Source: an uncultured virus (IMG/VR IMGVR_UViG_3300025032_000461) (lineage: Duplodnaviria > Heunggongvirae > Uroviricota > Caudoviricetes). Taken from it: 64,000 bases of DNA. Shown in pieces: positions 1 to 10,447 of the stretch. Positions within the stretch are counted from its first letter, which is position 1; the number at the start of each line of letters is the position of its first letter. The DNA is taken from IMG/VR virus record IMGVR_UViG_3300025032_000461, one strand, 5' to 3'. The notes below the pieces were generated by a model. That model was not told where the DNA came from, ran no database searches, and saw only the letters and a program-made list of their open reading frames with translations. Both the position numbers and the translations under genes were made by a program.

Positions 1-2
1 TG

Positions 3-101
3 AGAAAAAACAAACTATTCCTTTGCCCGATATGTAATATAAAAAAAGATGCAGATAAGAATGCATCAGATACGATAGCCAGTTTTTTATTGTTGCGTTA
101 A
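3..101 (+). CDS. tnpB: TnpB (IS200/IS605) C-terminus, gene truncated by window edge
   Basis: Manual frame-3 translation RKNKLFLCPICNIKKDADKNASDTIASFLLLR* has the Zn-ribbon CxxC and RuvC-III DADxNA motif. Confidence 0.85.
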   Translation, partial: RKNKLFLCPICNIKKDADKNASDTIASFLLLR

Positions 102-213
102 CGCAACAATAGTGATAAATAGTTTTTCTTGGTTGCTGCTATCTTTAAACAGAACAGCATTCAAGAGAAGCCCCCACCATAGTGAATTTATTCACTTGGT
201 GGTGGGTTATTCA
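102..213 (+). ncRNA. IS605 right end / TnpB omega (re)RNA scaffold 3' part; guide would start at 214
   Basis: Directly follows tnpB; ends GAAGCCCCCACCA-tagtgaatttattcact-TGGTGGTGGGTTATTCAC (subterminal hairpin plus TTCAC end); near-identical copy in reverse at 61956-62057. Confidence 0.75.
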
Positions 214-307
214 CTATAGTATATTTATTTATTTTTTTTATAAAATTATTGTTATTATTTTGCCGTTGTGTTATTATGTTTAATAAATAAATTAAGGATT
301 TAAAAAT

Positions 308-1333
308 ATGAAAAAAGACAATGAACTACATATTGCCTTCTCACTTGGATCTATTATTGATACTAAAAAAGCAGAAGAAGTATTGGAACAGAAAGGAGTT
401 AAAGCATTTCAGAAAATTTTAAAGAAACATCGAGATAGTAGTACTATTTTTGATGCTGGGCCTTCCCTTGGTTTTTTCATGGCATTAAGACGCCTCAACA
501 AGCTTATTCCAGATGATATTTTAAAAATACGTTTTGGATTAATTTCCAAAATAGATCCTAACCCAAATGTCAGTGCTGTCATTTTAGAGTCAATGAAATT
601 TTATTTAGAGGAAAATAAAGAAGACCTTAGCGATTTTGGTTTCGATGTTGTAATGATGACAAATGGCAAAGACACTACTTTCTGTCACAAAGTTTTTGAT
701 ACTGACTTAATGTTTACTACTTCACAAAATAGTGCAAAAAAATTATTCAATGACGGTTTTCCTGCTGTTGCAATACCAAATATTCATAAAGACCTTAATA
801 AGGAATTTTACAACAAGAGAAACGGCAATATTGTACTATTTACAGATTATGATGGCGTTATCGGAGATGTTGAATCTGAAAAGGTATTTCAAAAACACTT
901 ATCTACACAATCTCCATCAGGTGCTGTAAATGCATTTATTCAACATGAAATCTCAAACTCTGAAACCCCTATGGAACTTGGGCCTCTAGGTGCTGTTATG
1001 CAGAAATTAGGGCGTATTGTTAAATACGAAAAAGAACAACAACAAAACTCAGGTGATTATAATAATTTACTAGATATTTTAGTTGTTACAGCTCGTGGTG
1101 GACAAGCACAAACACGATTAGTTAGAACAATTGATAATTTTAATATTGAAATTTCTTCACTCTACATGATGCAAGGTCAAAATAAAAATGATTTATTATC
1201 TGAATTAGGCAAACTCTATCAAGGTTATAATATTTTATTTTTTGATGATTCTGAAATTCACTTTAAGAGAAGCCAAGACTTAGCAACAATTTTATCTGGT
1301 TTGGTTCCCAATAGTGATAATATTACAAAATAA
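308..1333 (+). CDS. 5'-nucleotidase (HAD superfamily, cN-I-like)
   Basis: Motifs FTDYDGV..ESE, GPL, VVTARG, LFFDD. Confidence 0.75.
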   Translation: MKKDNELHIAFSLGSIIDTKKAEEVLEQKGVKAFQKILKKHRDSSTIFDAGPSLGFFMALRRLNKLIPDDILKIRFGLISKIDPNPNVSAVILESMKFYLEENKEDLSDFGFDVVMMTNGKDTTFCHKVFDTDLMFTTSQNSAKKLFNDGFPAVAIPNIHKDLNKEFYNKRNGNIVLFTDYDGVIGDVESEKVFQKHLSTQSPSGAVNAFIQHEISNSETPMELGPLGAVMQKLGRIVKYEKEQQQNSGDYNNLLDILVVTARGGQAQTRLVRTIDNFNIEISSLYMMQGQNKNDLLSELGKLYQGYNILFFDDSEIHFKRSQDLATILSGLVPNSDNITK

Positions 1334-1347
1334 ATAATGGTATAATA

Positions 1348-1373
1348 AAGCCATAATAATATATTATGGCTTT
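1348..1373 (+). terminator. intrinsic terminator-like hairpin
   Basis: aagccataat-aatat-attatggcttt after the 308-1333 stop. Confidence 0.55.
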
Positions 1374-1457
1374 ATATCAATTGTTTTTTTATCATTTAGT
1401 ACTCAAATTTTAGTAATAATACCCTGTCCTTCAGGTCAGGGATAAATTTCGCCTTAG

Positions 1458-1988
1458 TTACCAATTAATCCTTCTGAAATTTTGGCGAGGGTTAAGCATT
1501 GTTAACTCTTTAGGACTGAAATTAGTTGTCCCTTCATTCTTCAATCTTACATACTTTCCGTTATTGGTATTGCCTGAAATTACCCTTAATTTTCCATTTA
1601 GCGTGACCAAATCCCCCTTTTCAAACGAATAATGTGACCGATCTTGAAACTTAACTGTACCTTTCAATACTTTTAGTTGAGAAACGTGTTTTTGAGTGTA
1701 TTTTGCTCTAAACTCTTCAAGAGAATCCTCTTTTTGGTTCATTGCTTTTTTTCGATTATAAACAGTAATTTTTTTACCATCAATAATGGCGGTATACCTT
1801 CTTTTTGTCGTTGCATAAATGAATACACGCTTGTTATTGGCAAATTGTTCGTATTCAATTTCCACCGCACGACTTAATTTTTTGGGTTTATTATTCCCAA
1901 AGGAAATAACAAATGCATCATTATTATGCGATTTATCAATCCCATATTCATAACGTTTTGCTTTTGTTTCATAACCAAAGGTTTTCAA
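1458..1988 (-). pseudogene. iscB: IscB C-terminal fragment (RuvC-III onward); PLMP, RuvC-I/II and HNH missing
   Basis: TFGYETKAKR...KSHNNDAFVI and FEKGDLV motifs; in-frame TAG just upstream of the TTG start. Confidence 0.75.
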
Positions 1989-1989
1989 C

Positions 1990-2191
1990 CCGAAGGTTGT
2001 TATTTTTTCCTACCCTTGATATAAGATTAATAGTGCTACAAACTGGAAAAATTTGTAGGTAATACTCATATCATATTTTAGTTTTTCAACTAAAAAGTGG
2101 GATTAAAATAACCACAAGAAGCCGAAGCAACTTGAATCCTAAGAATTTGGCTTCAATAAGAAGCCACATCCTTTAGGGTGTGGTTATTCAC
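1990..2191 (-). ncRNA. IscB omegaRNA (HEARO-like) scaffold
   Basis: Starts with the IS end hairpin, contains ACCTACAAA-tttt-TCCAGTTTGTAGCACT resembling the omegaRNA core stem, lies immediately 5' of iscB. Confidence 0.6.
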
Positions 2192-2210
2192 TATAACTTT
2201 CTTAAAATGT

Positions 2211-2939
2211 TCAAAACTTCCTTCTTTGTTTTTCTATAAGTGCATATGTTAATGACTTTTCTTTATTAACTACATCATACCCATTTCTCTTCATAAAGTT
2301 TGAAACTTCTGAATCCATATTAGTAATATCAAGATCGTTTGAAGAACCTATATAATCTTTTAAACCATAAAAAATATCTTGATTTTTCAAAAATGCATTA
2401 ACTAAAACAGGATTGAAGGCTTTCCCTGATTGCTCTGCCATAAAATCCATTAATTCTTCTTTATCCCAAGAGCGCTTATATACCCTTTCACACGATAATG
2501 CGTCAAATACGTCCACTACACCTACAATTTGTGCAGATAAAGGAATTTCCTCTCCCTTTAATTGCTGTGGATAACCAAAACCATTATATTTTTCATGATG
2601 ATATAAGGCTACTTCCAATGTAACCCTAAACTGTTCTGGTGATTGGTTTAGTTTGCTTTTGTTCTTTATTAATTCTTGATAGCCTAACTCTGGGTGTTTT
2701 TTTATCAATTCAAACTCTTCCTCTGTTAATTTATCTGGCTTTTCTAATACATTTTTATCAATATGCATTTTCCCTAGATCATGAGTTACTGCCGCTATTG
2801 CTATTTTATTTGACTCTTCGTTATTTAATCCTAAGATAATTGAAAATGCTTTTGCATACAATCCTACTCTTTTTGAGTGAATTTGTGTCTCATCATTTAA
2901 ATTTGCTACTTGATCCACTATATTACTTATTTTTTCCAT
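2211..2939 (-). CDS. stand-alone HD-GYP phosphodiesterase
   Basis: HSKRV, HDLGK, HHEKYNGFGYP, DVFDAL motifs; ATG at 2939 chosen (ORF open to TTG 2960). Confidence 0.9.
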   Translation of the reverse strand: MEKISNIVDQVANLNDETQIHSKRVGLYAKAFSIILGLNNEESNKIAIAAVTHDLGKMHIDKNVLEKPDKLTEEEFELIKKHPELGYQELIKNKSKLNQSPEQFRVTLEVALYHHEKYNGFGYPQQLKGEEIPLSAQIVGVVDVFDALSCERVYKRSWDKEELMDFMAEQSGKAFNPVLVNAFLKNQDIFYGLKDYIGSSNDLDITNMDSEVSNFMKRNGYDVVNKEKSLTYALIEKQRRKF

Positions 2940-3091
2940 TTTTTTATTTCCACTCTTCAATGACTTATAATTTGATTATATCATACTTTGTATTTATTAT
3001 AATATAATTAATATCTTTTTTTTATTTTTTTTGTGTGATATAATTACAGTATATAAGGAAGCTTTTACTTAAATACAATATAGGATCAACG

Positions 3092-4840
3092 ATGGATTTA
3101 CATACTCTTATTAAACAAGAAGTGCAAAAAATACCTAATCAAGACATTAGTAAAGGGTCAATTGCAAATCTAGCATTATTATCTATTTCCCAAATGGACT
3201 ATTTCAGCGATTCATATTATTATTTTTCCATGACAAAATGCAGAAATATAGATGACAATCAAGATCATTTTGTTATAAAGACAAGTTCACTTAATGACTT
3301 CAATGGATTTAAATACAATTTATTTCAAAAAAACTATATTGATGTATTAGAAAATTTTGAAGAACAATATGACCCAGAACCATTAGATGTCAATAATCCT
3401 CAATATCTTCTATTGGTTAATAAAAAAATATTAGATTGTTTAATTAACATTATTGATAAATCAAAAAATTTTAATGATTTAAATAAGCAAATTTTGGAAC
3501 AGCAAAAAAATGATACCAAGTTTTTACATCTTGCTCATTTACTTACTCAAAATAATAAGTCATTACATTCATTATTAAATGCTTCTATTCAACTTTCTCA
3601 ATTCAATGAACATGAAATTTTACAACCCTATTATTTTAAAAATTCATTTCATAAATATTATGACGATGTTAATATTAAAAAAATTCAAGATAGATTCATT
3701 GAAAATAACTTACCTACTTCTTCTTTCTCTGATTTTGAAAATTTTAGTCGGTTTTTATTATTAAAGAAGTTTGCTACTAATAATTTTTCGAATTATGATC
3801 TAAAATCACTTTTTTTTGACAGTAAATTACTTTGTGTTCCACAAGATATTGAAATAATGATTAACAATAATGAAAAACAAGGAAGTATATTAAATGCTTT
3901 TAGAAAAAAATATTCAAGCCACTTACTTTCCACATTATTTCAGGCAGGAGGCCAACAGGAAAGACGTGCATTATTCATTGAAAAACACTTCTCTTCATTA
4001 AAAGAAAATGCACTTAATGCCACTCCAAAGCATCAGCACACAGTAGAATCATTACTTGAACAATATAATGAGATCATATCACCCATCATCAATAAAGCGA
4101 CTAAGTGTTTCCCAGAACTTATTTCAAGAAGCATTAACTTTGAAATCATTCAGGCCAACAAAGTAATGAATAATTTCACTGAAAACCCTACTTACAATAT
4201 AATGAAAGATAAAAGTAAGTTATCTATATTTAAAGAATATGAAAAAAATATTATGTCACAAGGATTATATTTTTTAAACAATGAAGGGATCAATAATTAC
4301 AGCCAACACAACAAAACCTTTATACTTATGAAAGATAATAATCAGATTGTCGGTGAAATATCTATTGTTAATAAAAATAATAACATTTCTGAAATTCTAA
4401 GTGTTTGCATTGGTAGCAGTCATAAACAAAAAGGACTTCTTCGCCAACTTTATCAAAAACTAGCAGAGTATGCAATTGAGAACAATATCATTTTATTTAG
4501 TCAAGTATATAGCCAAGAAGGTAAAACCTACATCCCAAAGGTAAAAAATGACATTATTCGTAACAATCCTAATCTTATTTTTCTTCGTTGTGAAAATTTA
4601 GGAAACTCCAATGAACAAAAATTGGAGTCATCACTAAATCAAAAACTTTATGAATACATTAATAACATTAATCAGCCTATCGATTTACCAAAATTTAATA
4701 GACATTATAAAAAAGCGCTTTCAAGTATTAACGAAGTCTCCCAAAATACAACCGACATATATTCTGCGGCAGATATATTATTTCAGGACTTAAAAAGCAA
4801 TATTTCTTTAAAATCTAAAAAGAAACAATATAATCGTTAA
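3092..4840 (+). CDS. large protein with C-terminal GNAT acetyltransferase-like domain
   Basis: ILSVCIGSSHKQKGLLRQLY resembles GNAT motif A; basic C-tail. Confidence 0.55.
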   Translation: MDLHTLIKQEVQKIPNQDISKGSIANLALLSISQMDYFSDSYYYFSMTKCRNIDDNQDHFVIKTSSLNDFNGFKYNLFQKNYIDVLENFEEQYDPEPLDVNNPQYLLLVNKKILDCLINIIDKSKNFNDLNKQILEQQKNDTKFLHLAHLLTQNNKSLHSLLNASIQLSQFNEHEILQPYYFKNSFHKYYDDVNIKKIQDRFIENNLPTSSFSDFENFSRFLLLKKFATNNFSNYDLKSLFFDSKLLCVPQDIEIMINNNEKQGSILNAFRKKYSSHLLSTLFQAGGQQERRALFIEKHFSSLKENALNATPKHQHTVESLLEQYNEIISPIINKATKCFPELISRSINFEIIQANKVMNNFTENPTYNIMKDKSKLSIFKEYEKNIMSQGLYFLNNEGINNYSQHNKTFILMKDNNQIVGEISIVNKNNNISEILSVCIGSSHKQKGLLRQLYQKLAEYAIENNIILFSQVYSQEGKTYIPKVKNDIIRNNPNLIFLRCENLGNSNEQKLESSLNQKLYEYINNINQPIDLPKFNRHYKKALSSINEVSQNTTDIYSAADILFQDLKSNISLKSKKKQYNR

Positions 4841-4903
4841 TATTATTTTTTATTTAAAAATATGGTATAATAATAATATACAAATAAAATAAAGGGACAT
4901 TAC

Positions 4904-6763
4904 ATGAAGATAAAAATAAATGACAATCAATACATTTTACCTAAAAATGCAATTGAAGCATTAATCATTAAATTTGAAAAAGTTGAAGATAAAAGAAAAA
5001 AACTTATTAGCAAAGGTCGCATACCAGAAGATTTCCCTGAAATTAAACTAGAGTTTAAAAGTATTAGTCCAGAATTAGAAGATAGGTTATTGAATAAAAT
5101 TATTTCTTCACAAATTAAAAAACAATTGCTTAAACGTGGCATTCAAGAAAGAACCCTCTATGATGTAAGCATTAGCAGTAAAGAGTTGCCTATTCTTGAA
5201 AACTGGAAGGTATTAGGTTCTATCAATAAAAACGTAGAAACAGACTCATACACAATGGATAGTTATTACCAAAACCAACCAATCCCCCTGCAATATAGAG
5301 ATGCTGATCCTTGTAACTGTGATCATTGTGGTCATAATAGAAAAAGAAACTCTACCTTCATTATTGAGAATCAAGATACTAATGAAATTTCACAAGTAGG
5401 CTCTGCATGTATGACTGACTTTGTTTCCGCTGATACTATGGAAATGATTTTACTTTATTCCTTTGCCTTAAAAACACTTAGAAATGCTGATACTGAATAC
5501 AACAATACTAAAACTCATTATATGCTTGACAAGGTTGATTTCTTAGCTCATGTTAATGCTGCAATGGAACTTACTGGTGGTTTTATTTCTAAGGCTAAAT
5601 CTAATTATTCACTTGGTATTATCCCTACCTTCTCGGCTGCATTACATAAAATGGAAGCTTATCAATTTTCAAATTATGTTCAAGGTTTAAAAATGAATGA
5701 ATATAGCAAACTTGAAATTGATAAATATGTTGATTTTGTCAAAAAAATAGAACCTACTGAAAAAGATTATACTGCTGTTAATGATGTCATTCAATGGTAT
5801 AAAGATCATCCCCCAACTGACAAAGATGATGAACGATACTTCAACACTCATTCAGTGCTAACAAATCAATCTGCTATATTATTTGACCGTGAGCCTGCTT
5901 CTGTTTGCTATGCCATTCAATTTATTAAAAACATTGAAATCAAAAAAGAACTTGAACGAGTTAATGCTGAGAAACTAGCAAATAAACTGGATATTCCTAT
6001 TTTATGGGGAGAAGAAGGTAATAAGATTAGCAATATTGAACTTCAAGTCAAGCATATAAAAGTTGGCGAAAATGATTTTGGATCTTATACAAGCATTTAT
6101 TTTGAATCAAGAGATGGTAGAACGTTTAATTGGAAAGCTTCAGGTTATACACTTCCCGATGCTCTTTATAATATTCCTGACGTCCCTGATCTTTCCACTT
6201 TTGTTGAGTATCTTATTGCTTCTAAGAGTAAGGGGGAGGAAATTTGGCTTCAACTAAAAGGTTCTGTACAACATAACTCATATACAACAGATGATGGCAA
6301 ATTAATTGAGAATACTAAATTATCTCGTGTTAGCTCAACTTCCGAAGTCACAAGTCACCCTGTCACCAATGGCATTCCTTTTTTAAATGAAAAGTTTGTT
6401 GTAAAAGAATTTAAGATTGAAGATATCAAAGAAGGTTTATCAGTAAATACTGGTGAAAAACAATTCCAATACCTACTTACAGATCTTAATGAAAATAAGT
6501 ATAGTTTTATATCTTATGAAAAACTTTCTAATATTCATACTGGAGATTTCTTTCAGACTCCTATGCAATTTGCAGGCTCAGAAGTTATAGGGTTCGATCC
6601 TAAAAGAGTGTTAAAGGTGCCTGAATTTTCACACGATCTCTCTGGTGACTTACTTACAGTTAAAAAAGCTGAAAAATTACTTATTAGTTATGATTTAGAA
6701 CAAAAACCAGATATAGCTAGTGAAGTGCCGTCTCCTAAATCAAATAAAAGAAAGCCTAAATAG
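4904..6763 (+). CDS. hypothetical phage/plasmid-type protein with Zn-finger and possible OB-fold
   Basis: CNCDHC..R.R..T and QVGSAC motif; RBS GGGA; terminator follows. Confidence 0.55.
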   Translation: MKIKINDNQYILPKNAIEALIIKFEKVEDKRKKLISKGRIPEDFPEIKLEFKSISPELEDRLLNKIISSQIKKQLLKRGIQERTLYDVSISSKELPILENWKVLGSINKNVETDSYTMDSYYQNQPIPLQYRDADPCNCDHCGHNRKRNSTFIIENQDTNEISQVGSACMTDFVSADTMEMILLYSFALKTLRNADTEYNNTKTHYMLDKVDFLAHVNAAMELTGGFISKAKSNYSLGIIPTFSAALHKMEAYQFSNYVQGLKMNEYSKLEIDKYVDFVKKIEPTEKDYTAVNDVIQWYKDHPPTDKDDERYFNTHSVLTNQSAILFDREPASVCYAIQFIKNIEIKKELERVNAEKLANKLDIPILWGEEGNKISNIELQVKHIKVGENDFGSYTSIYFESRDGRTFNWKASGYTLPDALYNIPDVPDLSTFVEYLIASKSKGEEIWLQLKGSVQHNSYTTDDGKLIENTKLSRVSSTSEVTSHPVTNGIPFLNEKFVVKEFKIEDIKEGLSVNTGEKQFQYLLTDLNENKYSFISYEKLSNIHTGDFFQTPMQFAGSEVIGFDPKRVLKVPEFSHDLSGDLLTVKKAEKLLISYDLEQKPDIASEVPSPKSNKRKPK

Positions 6764-6779
6764 AAACAAACAATTAGAT

Positions 6780-6808
6780 AAAAAACCTTACAAAATAAGG
6801 TTTTTTTA
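6780..6808 (+). terminator. intrinsic terminator
   Basis: aaaaaccttac-aaaa-taaggttttttt. Confidence 0.6.
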
Positions 6809-6933
6809 TTTATATAGTCATAATTATAAGTTTTTTTTCTAAAATTTAAACACTTTACTTTATTATTAAATTATCCTATAATTGATTAATTCCCCATTAT
6901 TATAATACGATCAAAATCACTTCAAGGACACAC

Positions 6934-7647
6934 ATGAGCAATTCAATAGAAGAAAATCAGAAATATTATCAAGGTCGTTCTGGAAATCTCAATGATTTTT
7001 TATCTAAAATGAATTTAATGGTTGGTGAAGGCTCAAAATTTTTCGTCACTTTACAATCCGTTTATTTATATAGAAATAATATCAGCCATAGTAGTCATAA
7101 TAATTATTTTTCGCTCCAAAAAAATAAGTTTAAAGAAATGGCAGCAAGTTTATTATTTAATGTTGTTTTAAGGCAAGGAGGATCAGTTTTAAGCAACAAT
7201 ATGCAAAAAAATTTTAGCGCTAAGGATCTTATTGAATTTGGTTTTAATCCTAACATTATTCTCTCAAAATTAAGTGGTGAACAAAAATTGAAATCCCATG
7301 CTCAATTAAAAATCAAGATCAATAAACTGAAGAAAAAATACAATAAACTGTCTTACAGCAGCATGTTTTGTTGCAAAAAAAGATCCCCTTTATCAAAAAC
7401 AACCACATTTAACGAGCTATATGAGAGAACAAACATTAATCGCCATATGCATATGGATTTAAATCAATTAATTAAAATTAAAACAAAAATTATCAATTCA
7501 AATATTTCAACATATATCAAACTAACTAGATCTAAAAACATAATTCTTACAAAAAAAGATCTTAGCAAGAAAATGTTTTTTTTCCACAATTGTTATTTTC
7601 ATTCCAATAGTGTAGTTCAAAACAAAAAAAACTTAATTTCATTTTAA
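6934..7647 (+). CDS. hypothetical basic protein
   Basis: 237-aa ORF with AAGGA RBS; ends KNLISF. Confidence 0.6.
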   Translation: MSNSIEENQKYYQGRSGNLNDFLSKMNLMVGEGSKFFVTLQSVYLYRNNISHSSHNNYFSLQKNKFKEMAASLLFNVVLRQGGSVLSNNMQKNFSAKDLIEFGFNPNIILSKLSGEQKLKSHAQLKIKINKLKKKYNKLSYSSMFCCKKRSPLSKTTTFNELYERTNINRHMHMDLNQLIKIKTKIINSNISTYIKLTRSKNIILTKKDLSKKMFFFHNCYFHSNSVVQNKKNLISF

Positions 7648-7654
7648 AAAAACC

Positions 7655-8425
7655 TTATAATTTAAGTTTTTTTGAGGTATTTTTTAATTCTGGAAATCGT
7701 CTTGCTTCTTCTTTATTTATTATAGGCATTAAATCTTCATAGCTTTTCTTTTGAGGATTTAAACTACTTCTAACAACCATCTTATTTAATCTATCATAAT
7801 TAACATATTGTTCATTTTTCTCAACAAATGTTAATAACCTTAAGTAGTCTTCTTTCTTCCCAAGATTAAACACTTCTAGCCCAAAAATATCAGATGCATT
7901 TATTGCTGTGGCCGTTCCACCTGTCCCGTTCTTAGTATCAGCATATACCTTTTCACCACCAGATGTGTAGCATATCGTAAAATTAGACTTTGTTTTTAAA
8001 TCAACACCCAATACTTGAAACATATTTCTATTATGAAGATCTATCGTCTTTCCACTGCAGTTTTCCCAAGCCTTGTGTATTTTCTTTTCATGAATAAGCC
8101 TCATTGCCTGTCTATATAATCCTCTACTTCCTTTACCGTGTATTTCCATAGGGATTAAATAATGGGCTTTTTTTGTTGTTCCCATATTTATTGGGAAATC
8201 TTCATTTGGGATATATATTTCAGCAGTTCTATCTGGATATTCTAATGCATCTTCAAAAGCGGCATCGGCTCCTGTAGCACAACCACTTCTTAATATAAAT
8301 CCTTTTTTTTCAAAAATCATTGCTATTTTCGACATCAAGAAAAGAACATGCAGTGGTGTTTCTCTTGAACCCACGCCAGTATAATATCCTCTAAAATTTT
8401 CTATATCTTCCTTACTCATATTCAC
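7655..8425 (-). CDS. DprA/SLOG-fold protein (phage type)
   Basis: YTGVGSRETP, LRSGCATGADAAFE, GGTATA motifs. Confidence 0.75.
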   Translation of the reverse strand: MNMSKEDIENFRGYYTGVGSRETPLHVLFLMSKIAMIFEKKGFILRSGCATGADAAFEDALEYPDRTAEIYIPNEDFPINMGTTKKAHYLIPMEIHGKGSRGLYRQAMRLIHEKKIHKAWENCSGKTIDLHNRNMFQVLGVDLKTKSNFTICYTSGGEKVYADTKNGTGGTATAINASDIFGLEVFNLGKKEDYLRLLTFVEKNEQYVNYDRLNKMVVRSSLNPQKKSYEDLMPIINKEEARRFPELKNTSKKLKL

Positions 8426-8548
8426 CCCTCACCTATATTAATTTTATCATATTATTTAAATTAATAAACAGTTAATTTTATTGTTTTTGTTGTTAATATA
8501 GAGTACAATAATAGGATATATTATTATTTACGTTATTTAAGGATACAT

Positions 8549-9415
8549 ATGGAATATGGTAAGTTTGCAAAAATCAATAAAAAAGAAAAATTCAACGAAG
8601 ATAAAATAATCAAAGAATTTAGTTCCGAACAATATACAGTGGAGCAAATTTATGATATTTTTGTTAACGCTTGCTCTTTTGAATTAACTCAACTTTTTGA
8701 GTATATTGTGAAAAACTATGTATTACCTAAAAACATTATTGAGAATGGATTATTCGAGGCAATTCAATGGTCTAACGCTAATGTTTACATTAGGATAATC
8801 ACTCTTCATCCAGAACTATTTGATAGTGAAAATGTTTTTTTTACTCAAATTGGGAACAAACTTTGTAACTTACTATTTTTCAAAACCATTGAATTATTTA
8901 ACATTGATTTAACTTATAATAACTACTCTTTTTTACTACAAGCTAGTGAAGAAGGTAAGATTGCTATTGTATCTCATATTATTAAAGAATATGACATTCC
9001 TAGTGAAATTCTACTTAAATCCATTGAAAATTCAATTATAGGACACAAAAACAATACTGCAAAAACTCTTATTAATCATTATTCCATTAAAAATACAAAC
9101 ATAAAAAAAGATCATTTATTGGCACTCTCATTTAAGGAGTATAATGCACCAATATTCTCATTTATGACAAAAAAGTTCAATTTAGATATTAGCCTGAATG
9201 ATAGTTATTATTTTAACGCTATTATCAAACATAGGATTTTAAATAATTTACGAGGACATCAAATACTTTCTCTCATGAAATTGTTCTCTTTTATTTCACA
9301 ACAAGACAAAGTATTAAAGGGACTTACCTCTCAACCTATTGAGTATTATTCTAATAGTTTATTCGCTCATGATATTAAACAACTTTACATTTCTAAAAAA
9401 CTTGAAGTTTTTTAA
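8549..9415 (+). CDS. ankyrin-like repeat protein
   Basis: Repeats such as LLQASEEGKIAIVSHII; ends KLEVF. Confidence 0.6.
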   Translation: MEYGKFAKINKKEKFNEDKIIKEFSSEQYTVEQIYDIFVNACSFELTQLFEYIVKNYVLPKNIIENGLFEAIQWSNANVYIRIITLHPELFDSENVFFTQIGNKLCNLLFFKTIELFNIDLTYNNYSFLLQASEEGKIAIVSHIIKEYDIPSEILLKSIENSIIGHKNNTAKTLINHYSIKNTNIKKDHLLALSFKEYNAPIFSFMTKKFNLDISLNDSYYFNAIIKHRILNNLRGHQILSLMKLFSFISQQDKVLKGLTSQPIEYYSNSLFAHDIKQLYISKKLEVF

Positions 9416-9478
9416 TTAATAGTCTTTTTTTTACAAATAAAAATGTTACAATTAATGATAAAACAAGGAAAAACTTTG

Positions 9479-10435
9479 ATGAAACGATTTTTAAAAAATA
9501 AATGGCTGCTTGCTTTTTCATTTATTACTTTTTTCGCAATATATATAATGGATAATAAAATTTCATTTAATGACGGTATACTTACCATTCATTATCCATC
9601 AAAAATAGTTAAACTCATTAATTATAAATCAACAAATCAAAGACCTTCTCCACAATCTTCTTCTGACAGCATTCTTAACCCTGACCAGTCAAAAACACCA
9701 GATAGCATTGAGATTAGTAGTGATTCAGATCTTGATCTTATTGTTGATATTGATTATGGGTTTTTCAACTTAAGCTACAACTGCACTAAGGGAGGATTTA
9801 ATTACTTTGCTTACAATACAGTTAAAGATCCCCATATTGACATTGGTCGAGTCAGCCCTTTTCAATATGATGAACAAGTTGGTGAATTATGCCATTATGA
9901 TAATAATAGAATAAAACTCGCCAGCAATACAGATACTTATAAATCTCCAAAAGGCGCACCTTATACCTATGATAGAGGACATGGTAATCATCAAAATATA
10001 TGGGATCATGATGAAAACCTTATGAAGATCACCAACAATATGTCTAATATTGTTCCACAAGAGTCAACACAAAACAGAAGAGGTCTTTGGAGACATTCAG
10101 AAGTCATAACACAATGCTACAGACAAAATAATAGCCTTTATGTTATTGGTGGTAATATTTGGGGAAATGATGAATCAAATGATTATTTTACTAAACTTCA
10201 TGGTGTTGTTACACCTGACTATTTATTTAAAATTATTATTATGAATAATGAAACTGTATATGCATTTGTCATTCCTAATGATCCAACTGCAACTCCTACA
10301 AATTCCAGTCAATATATGACTTCAATTCACGAGATAGAAAAACTTGTTAATTATAAGTTCGATGTTAATGACTCTTTAAAAAACATTGTTTCTCAATCAA
10401 TTCCTCAGAAGCCGAAAGGCTGCTCTATTAAATAA
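9479..10435 (+). CDS. membrane-anchored DNA/RNA non-specific endonuclease (NucA/EndA family)
   Basis: N-terminal TM; YDRGH, MSNIVPQ..QNR.LW, TPDYLFKII. Confidence 0.85.
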   Translation: MKRFLKNKWLLAFSFITFFAIYIMDNKISFNDGILTIHYPSKIVKLINYKSTNQRPSPQSSSDSILNPDQSKTPDSIEISSDSDLDLIVDIDYGFFNLSYNCTKGGFNYFAYNTVKDPHIDIGRVSPFQYDEQVGELCHYDNNRIKLASNTDTYKSPKGAPYTYDRGHGNHQNIWDHDENLMKITNNMSNIVPQESTQNRRGLWRHSEVITQCYRQNNSLYVIGGNIWGNDESNDYFTKLHGVVTPDYLFKIIIMNNETVYAFVIPNDPTATPTNSSQYMTSIHEIEKLVNYKFDVNDSLKNIVSQSIPQKPKGCSIK

Positions 10436-10447
10436 AAGGCGTCATAT

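Larger units (their letters stand above)
1418..2191 (-). mobile_element. internally deleted IscB element (IS200/IS605 superfamily)
   Basis: Hairpin ends GTGAATAACCACACCCTAAAGGATGTGGCTTC (2191->) and ATCCCTGACCTGAAGGACAGGGTATT (->1418) flank an omegaRNA-like segment and an iscB 3' fragment; left boundary approximate. Confidence 0.75.
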
